A stretch of 64,000 nucleotides of DNA. It comes from Desulfomonilia bacterium. GTDB lineage: Bacteria; Desulfobacterota; Desulfomonilia; UBA1062. The stretch covers positions 352,001-416,000 of the forward strand of contig CAXXDQ010000007.1 of assembly GCA_963664325.2 (NCBI GenBank). The letters run 5' to 3'. Each line of letters begins with the position of its first letter. The first letter of the stretch is position 1. Positions 28,824 through 37,048 of this stretch are shown here, in pieces. A program made the position numbers and the translations under genes. The notes below the pieces were generated by a model that searched no databases, had not been told where the DNA came from, and saw only the letters and a program-made list of their open reading frames with translations.

Positions 28824-29027
28824 CTAAATCCTCCCCCTGGTGACGAGTTCCGCGAAATGTTCGAAAGAGCGGTTGTGCGATTTTTCTTCATCTCCCGGAA
28901 AACAGCAGGCGGGAAGCTTCCTAATCTTCAGATGATGCTCGATGCATTCGCAGCATATGCCTTTCCTGCTGCACGGCTCTGTTGAACAGATGCATTTCTC
29001 CATGTTTCTCTCTTTTCTGCATTCCAT
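28824..29027 (-). CDS. Small Cys-rich protein (DUF6485-like)
   Basis: C.C...PC.RKG.CCECI..H......PACCFP. Confidence 0.75.
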   Translation of the reverse strand: MECRKERNMEKCICSTEPCSRKGICCECIEHHLKIRKLPACCFPGDEEKSHNRSFEHFAELVTRGRI

Positions 29028-29045
29028 GACATATCCCTTGCTTTT

Positions 29046-29396
29046 CTATCCCTTACCTGAGCCCGCAAGCTCTTCCCATACCGGACGAACTTCAACCACA
29101 GCAGCCTTTGCCATCGGGTGCGATAATGCTATCTTCACGGCTTCATCCATGTCACGGCAATCTATCAATACATAGGCTGAGATTTTTTCTTTTGCACGTG
29201 TCGAAGGTCCGTTTACAGCCCTGAGCTTTCCATTGCGGACCCGGACGGTTTTTGCCTCTTCAGCAGGCCGCAATGGATTCCCATGTACCATGATTCCGCG
29301 TTCCATCATCTCATCCATCCATCTGAAGATTTCTTCAACAAGTCCTTCCGTCGGCCTGAAATGTTCGTCGTGGCTTATTATCAGCAGGAATTTCAT
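29046..29396 (-). CDS. YciI (DGPF-type) family protein
   Basis: MKFLL, L.P...A.TVRVR.G, NGP...KE, DEA..IA...P, VEVRP. Confidence 0.85.
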   Translation of the reverse strand: MKFLLIISHDEHFRPTEGLVEEIFRWMDEMMERGIMVHGNPLRPAEEAKTVRVRNGKLRAVNGPSTRAKEKISAYVLIDCRDMDEAVKIALSHPMAKAAVVEVRPVWEELAGSGKG

Positions 29397-29596
29397 TCTT
29401 CCCCCGTACGGCTGAATTTCTATTTATGTCACGCATCATGTGCTTCATTCGCATCATGATCTAAAATACATCATTGAAACCTGAGCTTGAAATTTCCTGG
29501 TCACTTTATTCACTTTTTCTTCAAATCGTATTTCCAAGTGCCTTATGAAAAATGCAGTGCCCACAATCCCGTATCAATGGGGCCGGTCCTGACCGC

Positions 29597-30727
29597 TTAC
29601 TCGAACAGTTCAGATCTCCTTATTTCGCGGCCCTCCCTTGACGAGCGATACGCTGCCAGGGTCCACGCAACTGCTATTGCCGCGTCCTCGGTTTCAGCGG
29701 CCCATTTGCCGGTGAAATCTCTTTTGATGCTGTCGCAGCCGGTGAGCCTGTCTATGAAGTGCCTCATCTGCCGGAAATAAAGGGTATTGCTTATCCCCCT
29801 GGGAAGAAAGACAGGTGTGAATACGTCCGGTATCATGTTCAGATGCCTGTAAACGCCCAGCTTCATGGGCCTGTGCTCATATTCCTGGAAGGCTTCGAAA
29901 CGGACGCGCGCCTTCTCGGCGTTTATCATCCCCTTTTCATAGCCCTCCGGCCTTCCGATCGCCAGGCAGCTTTTTTCAATAACGGCCAGCGCCCCGTTCG
30001 ATAGCGTGAAAACCGCTATTGCCTGGTCTTCGAATTTGCGGCCCGGATATGAAAAGCCGGTCTTGGCGTAGACGCTTTCTATTTCGCCAAAGAAAAACCT
30101 CATCAGGTCTATGTAGTGCGGCCCGTGGTCGAAGAAATCTCCACCGCCGGTGCGTTCATCGAAATAGCGCCAGACGCCGTATTTTTTTTCGAAATCGATC
30201 CCTGCCTTTTTGAAGAAGTCGAGCGTCTTTCTCAAAAAGCCCTGTGTAAAGTCAGGGATATAATAATGCCAGTCCAGACTCATCTGGTATATCCTGCCCA
30301 GGGAGCCGCTTTCGCACATTTCCTTTATCTTCTGGAATCCGGTTTCAAACCGCTTGGAGTGGCAGATCTGGATAATCCTGTCTGTCGTCTTCGAGATCTC
30401 TGTCATGCGCATGCAGTCTTCGACTGTCGTTGCCAGGGGCTTTTCGCAGAGTATATGCACGCATGCGGCTATGCAGTCTTCGAACATCTGCCTGTGCAGC
30501 CAGGGAGGGGAAGCTATGACCACCGCGTCGAGACCGGCATTCGAAAGCATTTCCCGGTAGTCTTTGAAAACACGGTTCGCCTTGAACTTCCGAGCGAACG
30601 ATGTACGGTTGCCTTCATCCGGGTCGGCAACGGCCTCTATTGTTGCGCGGCTGTCCACCGCTATCGCCGGCCCATGGCCTACGCGGCTTACCTGTCCGCA
30701 GCCTATAATGCCAAATCTTAATGCCAT
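29597..30727 (-). CDS. Gfo/Idh/MocA family oxidoreductase
   Basis: GIIGCG, HILCEKPLA, GGG.FFDHGPHYID. Confidence 0.92.
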   Translation of the reverse strand: MALRFGIIGCGQVSRVGHGPAIAVDSRATIEAVADPDEGNRTSFARKFKANRVFKDYREMLSNAGLDAVVIASPPWLHRQMFEDCIAACVHILCEKPLATTVEDCMRMTEISKTTDRIIQICHSKRFETGFQKIKEMCESGSLGRIYQMSLDWHYYIPDFTQGFLRKTLDFFKKAGIDFEKKYGVWRYFDERTGGGDFFDHGPHYIDLMRFFFGEIESVYAKTGFSYPGRKFEDQAIAVFTLSNGALAVIEKSCLAIGRPEGYEKGMINAEKARVRFEAFQEYEHRPMKLGVYRHLNMIPDVFTPVFLPRGISNTLYFRQMRHFIDRLTGCDSIKRDFTGKWAAETEDAAIAVAWTLAAYRSSREGREIRRSELFE

Positions 30728-30863
30728 GACAGCCTCCCGATACTGAATTTTGAAACATCAGTTTGTACCGTCTTAAACAGCGCATGCTTCTGCTGACGCC
30801 ACACGGTTTCAAATGCGCTTTTCATATACCATCCGGGAGCAGAGATTTGTATTTATATTTGCA

Positions 30864-31088
30864 CTAATAACGCCTGACCGCTTTGAAATTGAAGACGATA
30901 TGCATACAGCCCGTTATCAGGAAAACAAGTCCGAGCGAGTTGTGAGTGATCATCCAGATATGTATTGATTCCGCAGCCAAGGCATGCCTGGCCAGATGAA
31001 GCATCGCGCCTGATACCGGAAGCCCTATGAAGCTCAGGGCCATAAGCAATGTCACCCATTTTCTCTTTTTAAAACCCGTACTTTTCAT
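30864..31088 (-). CDS. Small membrane protein, DUF4405-like
   Basis: SG.MLH, W...H...G..F....H...N.K...RY; RBS aggag. Confidence 0.7.
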   Translation of the reverse strand: MKSTGFKKRKWVTLLMALSFIGLPVSGAMLHLARHALAAESIHIWMITHNSLGLVFLITGCMHIVFNFKAVRRY

Positions 31089-31112
31089 GGCCTCTCCTTT
31101 TTAAGTTGCATG

Positions 31113-31175
31113 AATGTGAGCAACAGCTCATATTATGGGATGATTATTCAAACATGTGCGATTGTCTACTCGCAT
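31113..31175. promoter_or_regulatory. Two related palindromes, probable TetR operators
   Basis: atgtgagc-aaca-gctcatat (31114-31133) and gtgcgatt-gtct-actcgcat (31156-31175) between divergent DUF4405-like and tetR genes. Confidence 0.6.
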
Positions 31176-31191
31176 TGAAAGGAGCCATATC

Positions 31192-31809
31192 ATGAAAGGC
31201 GGCAAACTGCTGAACCCGCGAAAAAAGCCTGCCCAGCCGCGGTCGATAAATACATGTGAGGCAATACTCGAGGCGTCTGCTCAGGTTTTCACAGGCCTGG
31301 GTTACGTCAGGACCACCACCAACCGCATTGCCGAGCGCGCCGGAGTCTCAATAGGCTCGCTTTACCAGTATTTTCCGAACAAGGACGCAATACTGGTGGC
31401 CCTGCTCGAAAGGCACATGGCGTCCGGACCCGAAATACTGTCCGGAAAGATCCGTCCGGGAATGAGCCTCAAGGAAATCATAACCGTTGCCATCGAGACG
31501 GCTATCGAGGTAAACGAGCGCGATCCCGAACTCCACAAAATACTTGACGAAGACGTCCTCTACCCGCCGCACATACAGAAGATTATCCGCTCGAACGAGA
31601 AGCTGTATTCAAAGACGATCGAAGAAAGGATGACTGCTGAATACCCCGGAAAATATGAAAACCCGGCCCTCTCTTCAGAACTGGTTGTCTTCGTGATCAA
31701 GATGTCCTGCCACTGGCTCATCATGGAAAGGCGCGACGAATTCGACAAAGGCGCATTCATCGGCGAACTGAACCGCATGATCTGTTCTTATCTGGGGATT
31801 GATTATTGA
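31192..31809 (+). CDS. TetR/AcrR family transcriptional regulator
   Basis: PRK.P.Q.RS, TTNRIAERAGVSIGSLYQYFPNK; ATG after aggag. Confidence 0.93.
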   Translation: MKGGKLLNPRKKPAQPRSINTCEAILEASAQVFTGLGYVRTTTNRIAERAGVSIGSLYQYFPNKDAILVALLERHMASGPEILSGKIRPGMSLKEIITVAIETAIEVNERDPELHKILDEDVLYPPHIQKIIRSNEKLYSKTIEERMTAEYPGKYENPALSSELVVFVIKMSCHWLIMERRDEFDKGAFIGELNRMICSYLGIDY

Positions 31810-31900
31810 ACCGTCGGATGCTGTCATAATATCATCAGCATCCCTTCGAGGCTCCATTCTTGCACTAATCATCTTTCTATAGCTGGACAACAATTAATCA

Positions 31901-31958
31901 TATTTTCATGAGCGTCCCTGAGTTGTCCCTATTTTCATGAGCGTCCCTGAGTTGTCCC
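31901..31958. repeat. Exact 29-bp tandem duplication
   Basis: tattttcatgagcgtccctgagttgtccc x2 (31901-31929, 31930-31958). Confidence 0.95.
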
Positions 31959-32223
31959 GAAGCGTTTTTTAGCTAGAGCTGCCTGTATTTTGAAGCAAAT
32001 ATATTCCGGTTCGCAAAGTCTATATTAGCCGGTATAAGCTTTTGCGCCCTTCTGTTGAAAATGTTTATCCTGTCTGTATTCACCATCCAACCAATTATCC
32101 GTCGTACGTTATGGTTCAACAATGAGAAGTTGATGACCATACGAGATACGACTGATAAACTAATCAGTTCCCGGCGTGTCCTGTTGTTCCCCAGTGCCTT
32201 TTAATGGGTAACACTATTCGAAC

Positions 32224-33333
32224 TCATTTTTTAACCTCCCTGATAAAGGGGAGCGTACTGCAGCGTATGGAGCCCCCGTCCTCATTATGTGCAGCAAAAT
32301 ATACCGGGTAGACAGTTATGCCGTTTTCCTCCAGGGCTTTTTTAAGCGATTTCCAGTTGAAGTTATCGTTGTATCCCAGGATGTAACGGTTTTTATCGAT
32401 CGGCAATCCGTTGACTGCAAGGTAGCGGGTTTCCTCCCTGTTGACTTTGATCCGTTTCCATCCTTTGAAATATGAAGGTATCCCGTCGAGAAATACTTCC
32501 GGGCAGATAATTATCAACCCGGGCCGTGGAACCGAAAGGGCGACATCCAGGTGAAGTATGTCTTCCGGAAGCCGTACTCTTTCGACATCATACCCTTGAG
32601 GCTCAAGGTATTTTTTCAGCCAGAGGTAGCCCAGTTCGCTTGAACCAGTGGAGCTATTGAGCGATGTGCCTACAAATATTTTTTTGCCAAGAACTATAAC
32701 ATCGCCGCCTTCTATTACAGGGAACCCTGTTTTGTCGAAATCGTTACCCTTGAACATAAGGGAGTAGTCAATTGCAGGCATGGCTGCCCACTTGGCATTG
32801 GAGTTCATCACCCGGTCTTTAAGAAGGTTAACGAGCCCTAGAATGTCGGCCCTCCGGTAAAGCGACCCCATCGTGTTCTCAATAACGTTATTGCCGATAA
32901 CTATGACAGGGTCACGGGTATATTGCTGCGATACGCCCGCCAGACGTACAAACTCATCGCCATAATTTTCAACAACTCTCTTCCTTGTGAGGATTTCCGG
33001 CCGCCAGACCTTCACGCCGTTCTTTTCCAGTATGGCAATAAGCTCTTTATTCTCTTTTTCCATGACCTGAAACTTTCCGATTTCAATCGAGTCCTTTCCG
33101 GATCTTGCCATGCCTTTCCGGGCCTCTGCCTCAGGTAATATTTTTATGGTTTCCATGGCCCATTTCGCAACGTTGAGATCAGGGTAGATATTGAACGGGA
33201 CTCCGACAACAACCTCTTTGAGCGTCCCATATTCATAATCAACATTTATCGGGCGCTGTTGAGCACCCCAGGCGTTAAGGGTAAAAATGCATACCAGAGA
33301 AAATGCGATTGTTATATTCCGGGCAAGCTTCAT
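32224..33333 (-). CDS. Amidinotransferase / pentein superfamily protein with Sec signal peptide
   Basis: EYGTLKEVVVG, YTRDP, IEGGD, LHLD, GGSIRCST; N-terminal MKLARN-hydrophobic-AWG. Confidence 0.85.
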   Translation of the reverse strand: MKLARNITIAFSLVCIFTLNAWGAQQRPINVDYEYGTLKEVVVGVPFNIYPDLNVAKWAMETIKILPEAEARKGMARSGKDSIEIGKFQVMEKENKELIAILEKNGVKVWRPEILTRKRVVENYGDEFVRLAGVSQQYTRDPVIVIGNNVIENTMGSLYRRADILGLVNLLKDRVMNSNAKWAAMPAIDYSLMFKGNDFDKTGFPVIEGGDVIVLGKKIFVGTSLNSSTGSSELGYLWLKKYLEPQGYDVERVRLPEDILHLDVALSVPRPGLIIICPEVFLDGIPSYFKGWKRIKVNREETRYLAVNGLPIDKNRYILGYNDNFNWKSLKKALEENGITVYPVYFAAHNEDGGSIRCSTLPFIREVKK

Positions 33334-33715
33334 TTCTGCTCCTCCTGTTATTTTTTGTAATCAATTCAGGTTGAAATCATGGTAAGCGCAATCACAGTTA
33401 TATTTCAATATTTCTGTTACGCCTTTGTGGAAAAAATTAAATATTAAAATGAAGGGTGATATCTTGTGAGGTTGCTTAATTGTTGTCAAATCCCTGAACA
33501 TTACAGTTACAGGCCTCATATGACAGTCATCTTTCATCTTTACCGCCCGGCATTTTATCAAGGGACAAGATAGTGTCAGGCTACGGAAAACCAGCTTTTG
33601 TGCAATATCCCCTTCCTTGAATCCCATATAAATCTATCAAAACAGTTTACTCAAGAATGTTTATATTCTAATTTGTACAATATTTATTAGCCAACAATAA
33701 GCGGAGGAAATACAC

Positions 33716-34477
33716 ATGAAAGTTCGTACCGAGAAACAAGGTGATGTATTTGTTGTGACTATAGACCGTTTGAAAGAGCGCAATGCCATCGACCGCGAAA
33801 CCGCCGAGCTTCTTTATGACGCGTTCGTCAGCTTTGAAAACGACACTGACCTGAAGGTCGCTGTACTCTTCGGCGAGTACGGTCATTTCAGCGCTGGCGC
33901 GGATTTGAAAGCGCTTTCTTCCGGAATCTTCAACAGGCTGGAGCCAGAAGGCTCGGCCCCTCTCGGCCCAACCCGTTTAAGGCTCAGCAAGCCTGTTATA
34001 GCAGCAGTTGCGGGTTATGCAGTGGCTGGCGGGCTCGAGCTTGCCATATGGTGCGACATGCGCGTTGCCGAGCAGAGCGCTGTGTTCGGCGTGTTCTGCC
34101 GCAGGTGGGGCGTGCCCCTCATCGACGGCGGTACGGTAAGACTGGCCCGCATAATCGGCCAGGGCCGGGCGCTAGACATGGTGCTTACAGGAAGGCCAGT
34201 CAGCGCTGAAGAGGCGCTGGCATTCGGCCTTGCAAACAGGGTGGTGCCGGAGGGCAAGGCTCTTGAAGCTGCGATGGAGCTTGCGACGGAGATAGCAAAG
34301 CACCCGCAGACCTGCATGAAGAACGACAGGCTCTCGATGTATGAATCGTTTGACCTGCCTTATGAAGAAGCCATGAAGAACGAGTTCAAACGCGGTATGG
34401 ATTCGATCAATTCGGGCGAGCTGTTGGAAGGTGTAGACCGATATAAATCCGGCGAGGGGAGACACGGCAAGTTCTGA
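33716..34477 (+). CDS. Enoyl-CoA hydratase / crotonase family protein
   Basis: FSAGADL, KPVIAAVAGYAVAGGLE, FGVFCRRWGVPLIDGG. Confidence 0.93.
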   Translation: MKVRTEKQGDVFVVTIDRLKERNAIDRETAELLYDAFVSFENDTDLKVAVLFGEYGHFSAGADLKALSSGIFNRLEPEGSAPLGPTRLRLSKPVIAAVAGYAVAGGLELAIWCDMRVAEQSAVFGVFCRRWGVPLIDGGTVRLARIIGQGRALDMVLTGRPVSAEEALAFGLANRVVPEGKALEAAMELATEIAKHPQTCMKNDRLSMYESFDLPYEEAMKNEFKRGMDSINSGELLEGVDRYKSGEGRHGKF

Positions 34478-34495
34478 TAAAGGGTGTTGTAACTT

Positions 34496-34954
34496 TGCAT
34501 ACCTTTGTCGCTTCCTCGGCTCGTCATTGCGGCGTACGGCAATGTACGCCTCACTTCTCGACTTTGTCGCTCCTCGGTCTGCTTTGTTCTAACCCCATGT
34601 ACAGCTTCGTTATAGTCGCTTCCTCCTGGCCTCCGCGAAAATGGGATCACGAACATCCTGTTCCGCTCCTCAAGTCGAGCGCAGCGAAGGCGAAGAGACA
34701 TCATCTTTATTGAAGAACAAAATTAACGATGATTATCTGCATCTCTGCGTCACTCCCCATCTCGTCACTGCGGCGTATGCTAGAAGTACGCCTCACTTCT
34801 CAACTTCGTCGCTCCTCGGTCTGCTTTGATTCGGGCTATTGACGGCCCTCACCCTTCGGGCGCATCTTCGATGCGTCAATTTTCGTGTAGCTAAAATTTG
34901 TTCTTACCCCATGTATAACTCCATTATATTCGCTTCCTCGGCTCCTCACTGCGG
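34496..34954. repeat. Cluster of degenerate about 110-130 bp palindromic repeats (REP/MITE-like), nested
   Basis: Copies at about 34496-34626 and 34738-34940 share ctcgtca(t/c)tgcggcgta..tacgcctcacttctc..gtcgctcctcggtctgctttg and ttct.accccatgta; partial third start at 34931-34954. Confidence 0.8.
34829..34900. mobile_element. 72-bp multi-hairpin insertion within repeat copy 2 (candidate miniature element)
   Basis: Absent from copy 1; TTTG at 34825-34828 and 34897-34900; four consecutive stems. Confidence 0.5.
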
Positions 34955-34962
34955 TGCAGGAT

Positions 34963-35054
34963 AGCTGCTAAGCTAGTAAGCTGTTGAGCTGTTAAGCAAA
35001 AATCTTAGAAGCTTTTGAATCTACTTATCAGCTTAACAGGTTATCAGCTAATCA
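34963..35054. repeat. Octamer (AGCT-core) inverted tandem-array element, copy C
   Basis: Left agctgcta, agctagta, agctgttg, agctgtta, agcaaaaa; right tatcagct, taacaggt, tatcagct, aatca. Confidence 0.85.
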
Positions 35055-35084
35055 TTGACATAACCGGGAGATGAGCCTTAATAT
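35055..35084 (+). promoter_or_regulatory. Putative sigma70 promoter for the CocE hydrolase
   Basis: TTGACA-N18-TAATAT. Confidence 0.45.
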
Positions 35085-35113
35085 TTTTACAAAATCAAAG
35101 GTGGTGAACGCCA

Positions 35114-36898
35114 ATGAAGATATCTGAAAAACCTCTCGGCCTTCTGATTGTCATTGCAGCATTCATAGTCTCATGCCTTATTTTCACAGGGTGCAACAAG
35201 ATGGACATTGTAGCATGGTACATGGGGCTTCCCAAACCCCAATTCAAGGTCAAGGTCACCGAAGGCGTCATGATACCCATGAGAGACGGCGTGAAGCTGG
35301 CGACAGACCTCTATATGCCGGATAAGGCAGGCAAATACCCGGTCGTGCTTATAAGGACCATGTACGGCAGACAGAATAAAAGCCATGGGTATGACACGAT
35401 AGCCAGAATCTTCACATCCCAGGGATATGCCTTTCTGGTACAGGACGTGAGGGGACGCTTTGACTCCGAGGGCGACTTCTACCCTTACATATACGAGGCG
35501 GCCGACGGTTATGATACTGTCGAGTGGGCAGGCACAAGGGAATGGAGCACCGGCAAGGTCGGGACCATCGGCGCATCCTACTGGGGGTCAACACAGTGGC
35601 TCCTTTCCCCCAATTCAAGCAAGTATCTCAAGGCCATGGTTCCCATAAACACGAGCCAGGATGTCTACCCGCGCTGGATATACTACAGCATCTTCAGGAT
35701 CACCGATGTGCTGGCATGGTTTTATGAAAACGCCCCGCGCAGGGGAAGGAGCATCGAGGGCATCGACTGGAACAAGGCCGTCTCCACGCTCCCGCTCATA
35801 AAGGCGGATGATTCGCTGGGCGAGAACATCCCGGCCTACAACGACTGGATAAACCATCCGGTTCCAGGGCCCTACTGGGACAGGATACGCGTTGATAACA
35901 GGGTGCAGCAGATTACTGTTCCTGCCATGATTATCGAAGGCTGGTACGACTATTATCTGGATCTGGCCCTGAATGATTTCAACCGCATGAGAAATGAAAG
36001 CGGAAGCGTGGAAGCGAAATTGAGCATCCTAATGGTCGGCCCCTGGACCCATACCATGAAATCCAAGTTCACGGACGCCGATTTCGGCAAGACCGCATCG
36101 TTTATAAAACAGTATAAACTGGTGATCGACTGGTTCGACTACTGGCTCAAGGGAAAGGACAACGGCATCCTGACGAAAGGGCCGGTAAGGATATTCACCA
36201 TGGGGGCCAACACATGGACGACGGAAAAAGAGTGGCCGCCCAAAAACGTTAAATATGAAGACTATTATCTTCACAGCGACGGCAATTCAAACGGCCTGGA
36301 TGGTGTAGGAAAGCTCTCGAAGACAATTCCCGGCAGCGAGAATTCTGACAATTACGAATACGATCCGGCCGACCCCGTTCCTTCGGTCGGCGGCACCTCG
36401 ATATACGGCAATCTCAAGGCAGGGCCATATGACCAGAAAACGGTCGAATCGCGCAGGGATGTCCTGATCTACACGACAGCGCCGTTAGAAACGGACATGA
36501 ATATCACCGGGCCGGTGAAGCTAGTCTTCTACGCATCTTCGTCTGCGAAAGACACCGACTTTGCAGCAAAGCTGACCGATGTCCATCCTGACGGGAAGTC
36601 CCTCAACATCCAGGCCGCAGTGATAAGGGCGAAGTACCGCAACTCATTCGATAAGCCGGAACTCCTGGAAAACGGAAAGGTTTACAGGTTCGAGATGCTT
36701 ATAGGCTCGACCAGCGTCCTCCTCAAGAAGGGGCACAGGATAAGACTGCAGCTGGCTTCGTCTAATTTCCCTGAATACGGAAGAAACCTCAACACAGGGG
36801 ATGACAACGGCACCACTTCCGCCATGGTGAAGGCATATCAGGTGATTTATCATGATGAGGCCCACCCGTCGAAGCTCGTGCTGCCTGTGATTCCGTAA
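35114..36898 (+). CDS. CocE/NonD family hydrolase, probable lipoprotein
   Basis: MRDGVKLATDLY, QDVRGRFDSEG, GASYWG, GWYD, GPWTH, C-terminal KGHRIRLQLASSNFP; FTGC lipobox-like. Confidence 0.93.
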   Translation: MKISEKPLGLLIVIAAFIVSCLIFTGCNKMDIVAWYMGLPKPQFKVKVTEGVMIPMRDGVKLATDLYMPDKAGKYPVVLIRTMYGRQNKSHGYDTIARIFTSQGYAFLVQDVRGRFDSEGDFYPYIYEAADGYDTVEWAGTREWSTGKVGTIGASYWGSTQWLLSPNSSKYLKAMVPINTSQDVYPRWIYYSIFRITDVLAWFYENAPRRGRSIEGIDWNKAVSTLPLIKADDSLGENIPAYNDWINHPVPGPYWDRIRVDNRVQQITVPAMIIEGWYDYYLDLALNDFNRMRNESGSVEAKLSILMVGPWTHTMKSKFTDADFGKTASFIKQYKLVIDWFDYWLKGKDNGILTKGPVRIFTMGANTWTTEKEWPPKNVKYEDYYLHSDGNSNGLDGVGKLSKTIPGSENSDNYEYDPADPVPSVGGTSIYGNLKAGPYDQKTVESRRDVLIYTTAPLETDMNITGPVKLVFYASSSAKDTDFAAKLTDVHPDGKSLNIQAAVIRAKYRNSFDKPELLENGKVYRFEMLIGSTSVLLKKGHRIRLQLASSNFPEYGRNLNTGDDNGTTSAMVKAYQVIYHDEAHPSKLVLPVIP

Positions 36899-37048
36899 AA
36901 AAAAAGCAATGCGCTTTATGTGATAAGATTTCGACCCCCTCACCGGCACCGGGGGGAAAACAGGTGTTCATTTGAGGGGAAAAACAATTTTTCAGGTCCT
37001 TGATAAGCTTTTTTAATATAGTTCAGTTTCGGGAAAGGGGAAGGTGCA

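Noticed and set aside
17864-31088. Integron with attC sites
   Set aside because: No intI gene and no recurring RYYYAAC...GTTRRRY palindromes in the spacers; kept only as cassette-like.
33361-33627. 88-aa minus-strand ORF
   Set aside because: No RBS or recognisable motif; lies in the AT-rich divergent promoter region.
34360-34829. Short ORFs across the repeat cluster
   Set aside because: Translations of non-coding palindromic repeats.
34829-34900. tRNA gene
   Set aside because: Cloverleaf-like size, but no acceptor stem, T-loop GTTCRA or D-loop consensus.
34496-35054. Possible CRISPR array
   Set aside because: Repeats are long, degenerate and irregularly spaced, with no unique equal-length spacers and no cas genes.
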